64,000 bases of DNA, from contig NC_042999.1 of NCBI RefSeq assembly GCF_006345805.1, forward strand, positions 25,482,001 through 25,546,000, given 5' to 3'. A program made the translations under genes and the position numbers. Below the pieces are notes generated by a model, which was given only the letters and a program-made list of their open reading frames with translations, was not told the DNA's origin and did no database searches. Positions 13,379 through 25,699 of the stretch are shown here, in pieces. Origin of the DNA: Octopus sinensis (taxonomy: Eukaryota). Every line of letters starts with the position of its first letter. Position 1 is the first letter of the stretch.

Positions 13379-13560
13379 TTGAAAAGGTTCCAAGACGCAA
13401 CGAAAATTTTAGGAAAATAAAAATAGGAAATAAGTGGAAATTTTACCGGTGAGTGTGTTACCTTATAAGGCACAAAAAGAAAATGACTCTCCCCAGACAA
13501 CAGAATATGCTTCAACAGACGAACTCATATAAAGAATCTTGCAAACCAAATCCCCAAAAA
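13379..13560 (+). mobile_element. Dispersed repeat family P6
   Basis: Reverse-complement match to 54598-54780; interrupts or replaces the mariner 3' end. Confidence 0.8.
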
Positions 13561-13585
13561 ATATATATGTATGTAATATATATAT

Positions 13586-13659
<74 letters not shown>

Positions 13660-14242
13660 TATGTATGTATATATGTATGTATGTATATATATAATATATA
13701 TATATTTAAATGGATGAATGAATTCTTTTGTTTACTGCTAACATGAAAAATTCAATAAACAGTTGCCAGGGTAGCAAAATTCACGAATGAAGCGACCTAT
13801 TCAAAGGTAAAAACTCCGGGTTAATGTGCTGTAATTTGTGTATTATATATATATATAGATAGGTAGATAGATTGTGTGGAGGTAGGCATTTTGAGTGCTT
13901 AAGAAATTTCCTACTCCATGTTATTTGGGTCTTGTTACAATTACTTCGAGTCATTTGTATGTTTTTGCGAGTAAAGTTAGGTAGATGAAAACTGAAAACT
14001 GTCGTGTGGACTGTGCGTGATACTGTGTGTCAAATTTAACGAAATTGAGAGTTATATTAAGAGTACAAGATTCTGTAAAAAAAACAGCCATTTTAATTAA
14101 AATATAATCGAATCGTTTTGCACAGTCATCATGTCGGCATTCAGCCCACTGCAAGTGCACTTGAATGCGTGTGCGAGTGCTCACATCTGCGTGTATGTGT
14201 GTCCGCACGCGAGCACGTACTCGTGTATGTGTGTGCGTGTGC

Positions 14243-14388
14243 GGAGGTGTGATTGAAAGGTTCAGTTTTGTCTAGCATTTAATTGTAAGATTGTGGTTTA
14301 GATTCTTGGACCGGGCGACGCGTTGTGTTCTTGAGCAAAACACTTCTTTTCACGTTGCTCCAGTCCACTCAGCTGGCAAAAAGGAGTA
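14243..14388 (+). mobile_element. tRNA-derived SINE family D, head only (degraded)
   Basis: Aligns to the copies at 14566 and 14736. Confidence 0.75.
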
Positions 14389-14417
14389 TATATATGCATT
14401 TATATATATAATATATT

Positions 14418-14462
<45 letters not shown>

Positions 14463-14478
14463 TATATATATATATATA

Positions 14479-14515
<37 letters not shown>

Positions 14516-14565
14516 ATATATATAATATATATATATATATATTATATTATATATTATATATATAT

Positions 14566-14711
14566 GGAGGCACGTGGCTTAGTGGTTAGGGTGTCAGCAT
14601 CATGATTATAAGATTGTGGTTTCGATTCCTGACCGGGCGACGCGTTGTGTTCTTGAGCAAAACACATCATTTCACGTTTCTCCAGTCCACGCAGCTGGCA
14701 AAAAATGAGTA
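14566..14711 (+). mobile_element. SINE family D, head only
   Basis: GGAGGCACGTGGCTTAGTGG A box, GGTTTCGATTCC B-box-like; stops at ATGAGTA. Confidence 0.85.
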
Positions 14712-14735
14712 TACACACCACACACACACATATAT

Positions 14736-14970
14736 GGAGGCACGTGGCTTAGGGGTTAGGGTGTCAGCATCATGATCGTAAGATTGTGGTTTCGATTCCT
14801 GGACCGAGCGACGCATTGTATTCTTGAGCAAAACACTTCATTTCAAGTTGCTCCTGTCAATTCAGCTGGCAAAAATGAGTAACGCTGCGATGGACTGGCG
14901 TCATACACCATAGAAACCGGGAAACCGAGCCCATGAGCCTGGCTAGGCTTTAAAAGGCCGCATTTATTTA
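14736..14970 (+). mobile_element. SINE family D, with body and tail
   Basis: Same head, continuing AACGCTGCGATGGACTGGCG..GGCTAGGCTTTAAAAGG. Confidence 0.85.
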
Positions 14971-16089
14971 TTAATTATTGCGACCAATAGAAGATTCGTC
15001 AGAAATGTGTGCATACAAATGTTAGTACGTATACATAAGTGATCTTAGTGCTCTGTCTCCCTCTTTTCCTCTCTTTCTTTTACATAAATATGTGTACACA
15101 CGCACAAACGCGTGCGCGCATGCATACACACATACACACACTCACACATACAAACACACATATATGTATATATACAAACCTAAGTACATATTTCAAAATT
15201 ATGCATTTTTACGAGGAAAAGTGCTTTTTTCAGTGAGCTGGTAGTAGCAGTCATCGTCGTCGTCATCGTTGTAGAAATTGCTGTTGTTGCTATTGTCTTG
15301 GATGTATTATTATAGAGGGATTAGGGCGATAGAATCAGAATTGGCAGAGCACCCAAAAAATGCCTCCCAGTCCTTACTACAATTTCCACGTTATAGCTTC
15401 AATACCTATAGATATTTATTTAACCTTTCATCTTATGTGAATCAATAACATAAATATCTATCAAATACTTGGTTATATTTACTTGACTGTGATCTTAACC
15501 CAATATTTTTAATCGCATTATTTTGTATCCAAAGATCGGTTGCACCTCCGACCAGCTATCTGATATCTACTTTCCATCAATTATCGATCTTCCCTTTTAC
15601 CGTCTAGTAACAAAAAGAAATTGTTCTCTTTACTCAAAATTCCTATAATTAAGAAGTTGTTAATCATAAAAAGAACAGAACATAAAGAATTAAAGAAAAA
15701 AGTAAACGCTCTTTAGTCATCAGAAAAAATAAAACACAACAAATATCTGTAATATCTTCTGTGAAATTAGATGAAAGGATTATCATCTAAGGAAACACAT
15801 GAAAAATAGTAAATCAATGAATAGAAACTATCTTGTGGAAACCTCTAATGAAAACTGAACGGTTTTAATTAAGGACACTGATGTTACTGGTTGACAACTC
15901 AATTAACAAATCGCTTTGTAAAGTTCTTACAAGATTATGGTTAATTAAAGTATTTGGGAGAAGGAATCGGGATGAGGAAACACAAGTATGTATTAACCTA
16001 CCGAAACAGATGATGTTTGCAGTAAAGTTAAGAATCAATGCTTTATTGACTGTTTCAATTCTTACTAGAATCTATATCATTTCGATTAC

Positions 16090-16164
16090 AACTTGAAAGT
16101 TCTTTGCCAAATTATAAAGCCATAATATCATATTCTCCTCTCGTGAAATAACAAGAATTGAATA
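16090..16164 (-). CDS. Candidate exon (YSILVISREENMILWLYNLAKNFQV)
   Basis: Acceptor TTACTTTCCGTTTCAG, upstream CTAAT branch-like site, in phase with the 16295-16376 candidate; donor uncertain. Confidence 0.3.
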
Positions 16165-16294
16165 CTGAAACGGAAAGTAATATTTTGCTGCGATTAGATG
16201 CTTTTGAAGAAGTGTGAGTTCTAAGTTAGCACAAACTGCGATTCGGTTTTCATCCATTTTGAAATAATTCCGTTTTAATTTCACTTGTAATTAC

Positions 16295-16376
16295 CTTTGA
16301 GGAAACTCTTGACTTCTTAATAGCTATTTTCCTTTCCGACTTGAACATTGATCTCTCAGAAGAAAGAAGCTGTTGT
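16295..16376 (-). CDS. Candidate exon (QQLLSSERSMFKSERKIAIKKSRVSSK)
   Basis: Acceptor CTCTTCACATTTATCGCAG, donor AAG|GTAATT, only one open frame; 130-bp GT-AG intron to the next candidate. Confidence 0.35.
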
Positions 16377-17080
16377 CTGCGATAAATGTGAAGAGCAAAA
16401 GTAGGAGATGCTTGCTTCAGCATATTTGTCTCAGGCAGAAGAGACATAAGAAATAATAGGGAGAGAAAAACAAGAAAAATATTAATTACGTCTTACTTTA
16501 GAGCAACGAATCGTTGTGAATCTCGCTGGAATTTTGTAAATCTATTGTTATGCGCCATTTTCACCATTTTGGTATGCTATATGTTATACTGGTAGTATGA
16601 CTGTAGAGTTTAGCTAATATTGTGTCACAGGTGGACATATACACAATGTCATTATATTCAATATCTTTTGTGAACATGAAGTGGAGAAACAGCCGGTTTA
16701 ATTTCAATCCAGTGATTGGATTTGGTCAACAAATATGTACTTTCTTTGAGTGTCCAATTAAATGATGCTTACAGACCCATAACGGCTCAAGTAAATCTGA
16801 TAGTGACTTACATATGTCTCAACTTTTGGCAGACATTCCGAACATTGAACTACTGATGCGTTTATAGTGCTTTGCATACAGTGTTAGCTAAAATTTATAG
16901 ATTTTCTCTCCAGAGCTACATTGAAACAAAACCATGATTACACGGCAAGCATTTCGTAAATATAAAATCTATTTTGTTAGATTATTTATGATTTGGTAGA
17001 CCAATGTTTAAACCATGGCTGTATTATCATCACGTTGACTAAAATTTTATGATTAAATTTTTTTTTATTATTCTCTCATA

Positions 17081-17250
17081 GGCAGTCAGTTGGCAGACAT
17101 TTTGGTATGACGGAATAAATTCCTTGTAGTGTGTATTTATCTCTATTTACATTTTGATTTCAAATCATGCCGAGGTCGAATTTGCCTTTCATTCTTCCGT
17201 GGTCGTTAAAAGAAATACCAATCGAGTATTAGGGTCGATGTAGTGGTATC
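17081..17250 (+). mobile_element. SINE family C, degraded
   Basis: GCCGAGGTCGAATTTGCCTTTCATT..GGGTCGATG core motif. Confidence 0.65.
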
Positions 17251-18473
17251 CTGCTAACCACACTCAGAAAATCAATAGAGGTCATAATTTATAAATGTAT
17301 ACATCTTATCAGTGAATCGTCCAGTAATTGTCTCTATTACCGAGAGCATGCTCATATAAATAGCAAACTGCTGTTTGAAATAAAAATCAAAACAAAAACA
17401 AAAAAAACAACAAACAACGAAGAAACGACACAAAATGTTGTAGAGTTATGTCAACATGTATTTTTCTTTCATTAAGTTATTTATTTTGCAGAAGAAATTT
17501 ACCGTACAATGTAATAATTTGCTCAAATCATTTACCATTTCAGATTTCTGCAAACATTATTATACAAAATGTTGTTTTGTCCCAAGTAAGCATGGAAATA
17601 AGACAAATAGCCAGCATGATTCACTGTTAGTACATTATATCTTGGATATTTTCCTGAGACATATGGAGTCTGTTAAAACGTCCGTCAGGAAGTAGTGACG
17701 GTGTGAGAAATATAAATGGTTCATTTTGTGAATCGATATAGTAAACTACAAAGGTTTCGTTATATATCAGAGTTTCAAATAGAGAATCCACGTCCGGTGT
17801 TCGAAATTAATCTTGTTTGGTTTAACACTGCATTTTACTAACTTCCGTTTCAACCAAGAGCTTGTAATTGAAAATCTTAGTCCGTTCCGGTGAAGAGACT
17901 TCAGCAAATCTCTATTATAAATTATTGAAGCCAATATTTGCAGCAAACATTTAAACAACAACAATTGCAATAGCAGTAGGAATAAGATTATGAATATTTT
18001 TCCCTTTGATTGGGCATAAAGCCAATTTAAGAGAGACGTAGTATAATCGATTAAGAATAATTTAGCAATTAATAATTACTTACGCAGTTACAACGTTAGA
18101 ATTTCATGGAGAGGTGGCACACGGAAGAACTGATTATATCGATCTCTGCTTCTTGAATGGTACTTTATTTCATCGTTGTTGAAAGGATAAAATAAAGAGT
18201 TGGTGTCGGTGGGATTTGTACGCAGAATATAAAAATTATCCATGCTCTAACACTTCTAACACGTTGCTACATTCTAATTCAGTTAGTAATGTTAGCTAAA
18301 CTCGATTTTACGTTAGCTGGAGTCGAAATGAAGTCCTGTTTTAAAATAATATTTCCTATGATTATAGATAATCTATTAGTAATTGCTACTTACATAGAAT
18401 TTCATTGAGTTTTCTGATTTTAGTACTCAAATCAAATGTAAATAACTTCAACCAGAAACCCAAAACAATTTAT

Positions 18474-18861
18474 CTTTATTTGCTTCGGTCATTAGGCTGC
18501 GGCAATTCTGGGGCACCCCCTTGAAGATTTTTTTGTAGTTGAATGATTCGACCTCATTTCCTTTTTGAAGTCTAGTGTTTATTCTATCGCACCCTTTTGC
18601 CGAAACGCTAAATTACAGGGCCGTAAACGCACCAACACCGATTGGCAAGCGGCGGTGGGGGACAAACACAGACACAAATACACACACGCGCGCGCGCATT
18701 TATGACGGGCTTCTTTTAGCTTCCGTTTATCAATCCACCTACAAGGCTGTGGTTGGTCCGAGGCTATAATAGCAGAAGACATTTTGCCCAAGGTGCCATG
18801 CAATGGGGCTGAACCTGAAACCATGTGGTTTGGAAGCAAGCTTCTTATCATATGGTCACTC
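18474..18861 (-). mobile_element. SINE family A, near full length
   Basis: Reverse-complement alignment to 11964-12372. Confidence 0.8.
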
Positions 18862-19826
18862 ATAAGTTTGTAGATAAAACCTATGAAAAGCTACGATGTA
18901 TCTCACCACTGCCACAGATCCAGGGATGCAATATGCGGCCTATGATAATACAGTCAATTAAGTTATTCTGTAGAAATATGTGAAGATATTTTGAATACTG
19001 GGATTCTTTGAATAGCATAATTTCACACATTTTCTCTATTCTGGAATAAGGACATTGTTGTCAGTCAGATGAAATATGAACACATTACTTTAAATATTGC
19101 AACCAAAAACCACATGTTATTTATACTAGCAAACAGTTACCTGTTGTTCTAATGACGTCTAAATAGCAAATGTTATGACATTTTAGCTTAGAAGAAAAGC
19201 TCAAAGTTACGGACAGAAATTATATAGTAAATTGAATTAATTACTATATATTATTATGCATTATTTCATCGACCTCAATGGAATAAATGAAGAGTTTACT
19301 GAAATGAATTTGAATACTAAAACCCAGAGTGCTACAGTTTCTGTGACTGTATGGCTTCTTTACATCAACACCCATATTAATTTTGAATATAGGGAAAAGA
19401 TCCTCAATTTTAGAGTGGAAGTAATCGATTGTATCGTCCTTCTGTGCTTGACAGACACTGTATTATGATACTACAGAATGAATCCAGTCAACAAGGGAAT
19501 CCCAATGTGATCGCTCGGATTGCAAAATAGAAAAAAATTTAAATCACGTCATATCTTCTTTAGAATTTCACATTAGATCAAGCAATTCGGATTACACAAC
19601 AACTGAAATACAATAGCAAAGTCACAAGTGGAATGCTTTTGCTAAATAGCACTGCTCGAACAGGAAAGGCAATGGATCCAACAAACCACAATGTCTAGAG
19701 TTTATGAATTTACCTCCCCATTGCAAACACATACGTATATGGCTGTGTGATTAAGAATATCGTTCTGCAACGATTTGGTTTCATGGTCAGTCCAAAGGTG
19801 CAGCAATTTGGGTAAGTCTATGCCAA

Positions 19827-19935
19827 GTTGTCAAGTGATGGTTGGGGAGTGACAAGCACAGACACACAAATACATACATACATATATACATATATACATA
19901 CATGCATACATACATACATACACACTCATACACAT

Positions 19936-20010
<75 letters not shown>

Positions 20011-20193
20011 TATTATATATATATATATTATATATATATATATAATATATATATATGTACGACGGGATTCTTTCAGTTCTGTCTATCAAATTCACTCATA
20101 AGGATTTTGGTCGGCCCGAGGCTATAGCAGGAAAACACTGAACCCAGAACCATGTGGTTAGGAAGCAAACTATTTACCACACGGCTACTCCTG
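19827..20193 (-). mobile_element. SINE family A, 3'-clipped, with a long spacer
   Basis: Head (CAGGAGTAGCCGTGTGG) with a small internal deletion; ~200 bp microsatellite spacer. Confidence 0.8.
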
Positions 20194-20217
20194 AGTCTTA
20201 TATATATATATATATAT

Positions 20218-20425
20218 GACGCCATGATAGATCGTTAGCCACTACACACATTTTTTTTTCTCTCCTTGTTTCGCTCCTTGTTTTTTCTGTGTCCCTTTCT
20301 GTAGAAGAGCGTAGGCTCGAAACGTAAAAGACTTTTTCTATTCCTGAGCGTTATACTAATACATCTGTTTGTTTTGTACATCACCTGTCTTCATGTTTTG
20401 TTGTTTTTTTTCGTAAACCCTCCCT
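20218..20425 (+). mobile_element. Hammerhead-bearing repeat, family P1 (best-preserved copy)
   Basis: Family match; (TA)n on both sides. Confidence 0.85.
20295..20330 (+). ncRNA. Minimal type I hammerhead-like motif, A6U/A9a core variant
   Basis: CTTT CTGTAGA A GAGC GTAG GCTC GAAA CGT A AAAG: stems I and II perfect, helix III is the palindrome ACGT, GUA triplet. Confidence 0.65.
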
Positions 20426-21292
20426 ATATATACATACATACATATTTGGGTGTGCGTACGTGTGTGCACGTCTGTGTATATATGTGTGTGTGCACGTGTG
20501 TGCATGTGACTTCGTGTCTTCTCCCACCGGATGACTAACTGATATCTTAGCCTGGGAAAAGTTTACCAATAGAATAAGTACTAGAATTAAAAATATGTAC
20601 TGGGGGTGAATTATTTCGAGTAAACCTTTCATGGTGCTCCAACATAACCACCATCTAATGATTGCTTCAATCATTAGTTAGCAGTTATAAATTATTACTA
20701 ATTGTTTCACTGACCCTGGAGGCGTAAAGGAATAATATAACTTAGGAACTGAAAAGTAAAAGCCTTAATGCTACAGTTTCTCTGTAGTCTAAGATTAAAC
20801 CACTCATATTCGACTTTGCTTTTCACCCATTTCGATGTCAAGAAACTATGTACCCCTAACATAATGAGGATCGACTTAATTTACTCATCCCTGTCCCATC
20901 TTAATGTTTGACTGGCTCTAATGTGAGAAAAAGATAAATGCAAATCGTGTAGGTGGATTCCTATACTAGAAATATCTGTATTTAAAATATTCCTGTTGCT
21001 TACGTATCTCTCACATATCCAACCTTGTTCCTACGCGAGAAACAATATTCAGCCAGAAGCCATGAAGGAGTCTGTACATGAACAATAGGCTTGATAGAAA
21101 AATAAATCGCCTGTTATTATGGATGTTTATTTAGGGAAGTTAGCCCGGAGGCCATTCAAGAGCAACAAAAATAATGGCAATGATACAATCTTGCCCTTCT
21201 ATGAACTACGATGACGGAAAGTTATATTTCGGTAGAAGTATTAGTTGTAGTAGTAGTGTGAGTCATAGTGGTGGTGATTTTCGTTTTCCATG

Positions 21293-21679
21293 GGAAGCAC
21301 TCCGTCGGTTACGAAGATGAGGGTTCCGGTTGATCCGAATCAACGGAACAGCCTGCTCGTGAAATTAACGTGTAAGTGGCTGAGGACTTCACAGACACGT
21401 GCACCCTTAACGTAGTTCTCGGGGATATTCAGCGTGACACAGAGAGTGACAAGGCCGGCCCCTTAAATTACAGGTACAACAGAAACAGGAAGTAAGAGAG
21501 AGAGAGAGAAAGTTGTGGTGAAAGAGTACAGCAGGGATCACCACCATCCCCTGCCGGAGCCCCGTGTAGCTTTTAGGTGTTTTCGCTCAATAAACACTCA
21601 AAACGCCCGGTCTGGGAATCGAAACCGCGATCCTATGACAGCGAATCCGCTGCCCTAACCACTGGGCCATTGCGCCTCC
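21293..21679 (-). mobile_element. tRNA-derived SINE family B, full length
   Basis: GGAGGCGCAATGGCCCAGTGG A box, GGTTTCGATTCC B box; colinear with 28783-29160. Confidence 0.9.
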
Positions 21680-22479
21680 CTCGTTTCCCATACCCTCTGT
21701 AAAACAATATATTTAGCCATACAATTTGACTCAATCGGGCAAAAATTACTGTTCACGCAATTATGAGTACTGTCGTTTGTATTGAAGAATAATTTGTTTA
21801 AGTTTACGCAGATTAGACGAGGCGAGCACATTAGCAAAGTTTGATATATTTTGATATAATATTTGATGGTAGTGTTTAAAACCTATGTTGTCTTACTAAT
21901 TTTCAAATAATATTTCTATTGATGTTTCACTTTGATATTAAGAGGAGGATTAAACGAAATTATGTTTTGTTATATATTGTATGGTTGTCACTCTTGTTGT
22001 TTAATAAACTTCTTTTTTTTTTGCTGTTAGTCCCTTTTCGAGTAAACCATTATAATAATTAGTCGTTGTATTGTTATAGATTTTGCTTTGCCTAAATGTT
22101 TGTAGAATCTGAGAGATGTTTTTGTATTCTGTCATTACCAATAGTTTTTGTGATAATTAGATATATTATTTATATATAGTTCAGTGTACAACACATTAGT
22201 TACACAAAGTATCATTAATATATTGGTTATGTTAAAATGTCATTACAACTAAAATTCTTCTTGCCACAAACATAATGGCAACAAGACTCAGGTGCAAATA
22301 TAATACGTGAGAATATTTAAAAACTTATTTCGTATAATTATCTCTTCGCGTAACAAAGTTGCCTGCAGCCAGTTTAACCCATAAAAAGTTAAACCTCCTA
22401 CTTATATGATTTGTCTACAATTCTACTCATAAAACAATGTGATTGAGATAAATCTGTATATATACACAGACACACACAC

Positions 22480-22576
<97 letters not shown>

Positions 22577-22783
22577 TAAGTAATTAAGGGTTCAGCAACG
22601 ATTTGCCTCACCACACACCGAATTTAGAAATAGCAGTCAAAAAGTTTTGGCTATTCTTTCTACTTAAAAGGGAGATCCCAGTACAACCAAAGCACTTTAA
22701 AAAACAAACGACGCAGGTAAAAGAGAAAGAAATGACGAAAATCATTCTATATAAACATTCTTATATATATATATATATATATA

Positions 22784-22943
22784 AAGGTTAGGAGATGATG
22801 TACAGGTATTATGTATTAGAAGAAATGAGGTACTCAAAAATCTGGATGGTTTTATATTTACGGGTATTTATTAGTATGTCACATCTTATTATAAATCATA
22901 TATAAAAAATAGCGCTTTCGTCCACTCTAGTGGAATCTTCAAA
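22784..22943 (-). mobile_element. Hammerhead-bearing repeat P3 (duplicate at 23871-24031)
   Basis: TTGAAGA TTCCAC TAGA GTGGAC GAAA GCGCT A at 22911-22943, AATAAA downstream, ends in (TA)n. Confidence 0.6.
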
Positions 22944-22957
22944 TTGAACTGTTCAAT

Positions 22958-23179
22958 TTGAGCGGGATGGGCTACTTGACTAGAGGAAAAATTCTAATTG
23001 GGCCCCACCTGCACGGTCATGCGCTCTTTATCTAGATATGAGATTACCATGTCGCGCACATATGGTTGTGATGCGTGTTCCTGGTGTATCCATATCAGAC
23101 GGGTAGTCATGATGGGTATACTGGGGTTCGTATATATTACTCCAGTAACACTTTGATGGCATGCACTGCTCTCTCACTC
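22958..23179 (+). mobile_element. 5'-truncated family E element with (AAT)n tail (duplicate at 24046-24274)
   Basis: Matches the 3' part of 27098-27650. Confidence 0.85.
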
Positions 23180-23186
23180 AATAATT

Positions 23187-23247
<61 letters not shown>

Positions 23248-23254
23248 TATTAGT

Positions 23255-23443
23255 AATAACAACATAAAAAACCTTAGGAATGAGAGCCCCGGTTCGAAAT
23301 TTCTCCAAGGCACCTGTTGAAGGCTGGAGGGTATAAAAACCGAAACGTTGTGTTAACAACAAAGAAGATGAGGACAAATATCCGTCAAATGTAAATAATG
23401 TAAAATAATGTACATGATTCCTCATCTCTTAAATATAGAACTG
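23255..23443 (+). mobile_element. Hammerhead-bearing repeat P4 (duplicate at ~24355-24537)
   Basis: CAC CTGTTGA A GG..CC GAAA CGT T GTG at 23311-23352. Confidence 0.55.
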
Positions 23444-23587
23444 GACGAAATATGTGTCATGGTGAAGCTATGGTAATAAATAATTGTTTGAGATGCCTCC
23501 GAGAGAGAACAATCCCGCAATACTATCTGGCCGCAAAGTGAGCTGTAGAATACACACACAGACACAAACACACACACACACACACAC

Positions 23588-23647
<60 letters not shown>

Positions 23648-25458
23648 ATATACTAAGTAATTAAGGGTTCAGCAACGATTTGCCTCACCACACACCGAAT
23701 TTAGAAATAGCAGTCAAAAAGTTTTGGCTATTCTTTCTACTTAAAAGGGAGATCCCAGTACAACCAAAGCACTTTAAAAAACAAACGACGCAGGTAAAAG
23801 AGAAAGTAAAAGAGAAAGAAATGACGAAAATCATTCTATATAAACATTCTATATATATATATATATATATAAAGGTTAGGAGATGATGTACAGGTATTAT
23901 GTATTAGAAGAAATGAGGGGTACTCAAAAATCTGGATGGTTTTATATTTACGGGTATTTATTAGTATGTCACATCTTATTATAAATCATATAAAAAATAG
24001 CGCTTTCGTCCACTCTAGTGGAATCTTCAAATTGAACTGTTCAATTTGAGCGGGATGGGCTACTTGACTAGAGGAAAAATTCTAATTGGGCCCCACCTGC
24101 ACGGTCATGCGCTCTTTATCTAGATATGAGATTACCATGTCGCGCACATATGGTTGTGTGATGTGTTTCCTGGTGTATCCATATCAGACGGGTAGTCATG
24201 ATGGGTAATACTGGGGTTCGTATATATTACTATCTCCAGTAACACTTTGATGGCATGCACTGCTCTCCTCACTCAATAATTATAGTAATAATAATCTATA
24301 ATATAATAATAATAATAATAATATAATAATAATAATAATAACAATATTAGTAATAACAACATAAAAAACCTTAGGAATGAGAGCCCGGTTCGAAATTTCT
24401 CCAAGGCACCTGTTGAAGCTGGAGGGTTATAAAACCGAAACGTTTTGTTAACAACAAAGAAGATGAGGACAAATATCCGTCAAAAGTAATAATGTAAAAT
24501 AATGTACATGATTCCTCATCTCTTAATATAGAACTTGACGAAATATGTGTCATGGTGAAGCTATGGTAATAAATAATTGTTTGAGATGCCTCCGAGAGAG
24601 AACAATCCCGCAATACTATCTGGCCGCAAAGTGAGCTGTAGAATACACACACAGACACAAACACACACACACACACACACACACAAACAACCAAAAGTAC
24701 AAAAGCGCGCGCACACACGCACACACGTACACAGAAAATATACAAAAAAGTTGTTTTCGATTCAGAAATCCTGTTGACAAAAACACTGCCTGATAAAAAA
24801 CAGGCCTCGAGTTTTATTTTAATTTATCATTTATCGCATTAGTTCTTCCTTTCGATCTGTCAGTTAAACTACATTCTTAATAAATCATTGGTTTCCTAAA
24901 ACTATTTGCTAAATAGAATTACATTGAACCGTAAGAGATTTTCTGTCAAATTTAACCAGGAATTAGTTTTGACAAGTCTCCTTTACTTAGATCTTTACGC
25001 TGTGTTTATAACGAATTAAAATGTGTATGCGTGTATGTGTCTGTGTACCTGGGTACGTATTTGTTAACGCGTGTGTACGCATGTTTACCCGTGAATGTGG
25101 CTTTTTGTGAGTGTCTGTAGATGTTTTGCAATATGTATGAATGTACGTTTGTAATTATGTATGCATGAATGTATGCTGGTAAGTATGTGTATCCACACTT
25201 AAATGTAAATATATACGTATAATGTGAGTTTCATATACTGTGCCTCCTTACCCTGAGTTGTTATATATATAGTGTGTGTGTGGCACATATAGTCTCTCTC
25301 TCTCTTCCTCTCTTTCTCTCTCTGTGTGTGTGCATATATATATAGATATATATATATATATATAATATAATATAGATATTAGATATACACATGTATTCTA
25401 TCTATCTATATATCTATCTATATATATATATTATATATATAAGATTATATATATATAT

Positions 25459-25492
<34 letters not shown>

Positions 25493-25699
25493 ATATTATA
25501 TATATATATATACATACATACAAAACACGCGCTGACACACACACACACACACGTAGATATTTCTGTAGGTATGTATATATTGTTAATATATATTTCCACT
25601 AATAAGAACAGTAAAACTTTTCTTCTGTTGGCAAAACATGAAATGCAACTCAACAATATCAAGAAAGATAACACCACCACCTCCACCACCACCAATAAT

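Larger units (their letters stand above)
22575..24684. repeat. Tandem duplication, period ~1077 bp (units start at 22575 and 23652)
   Basis: Two near-identical units bounded by (CA)n/(TA)n tracts. Confidence 0.9.
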
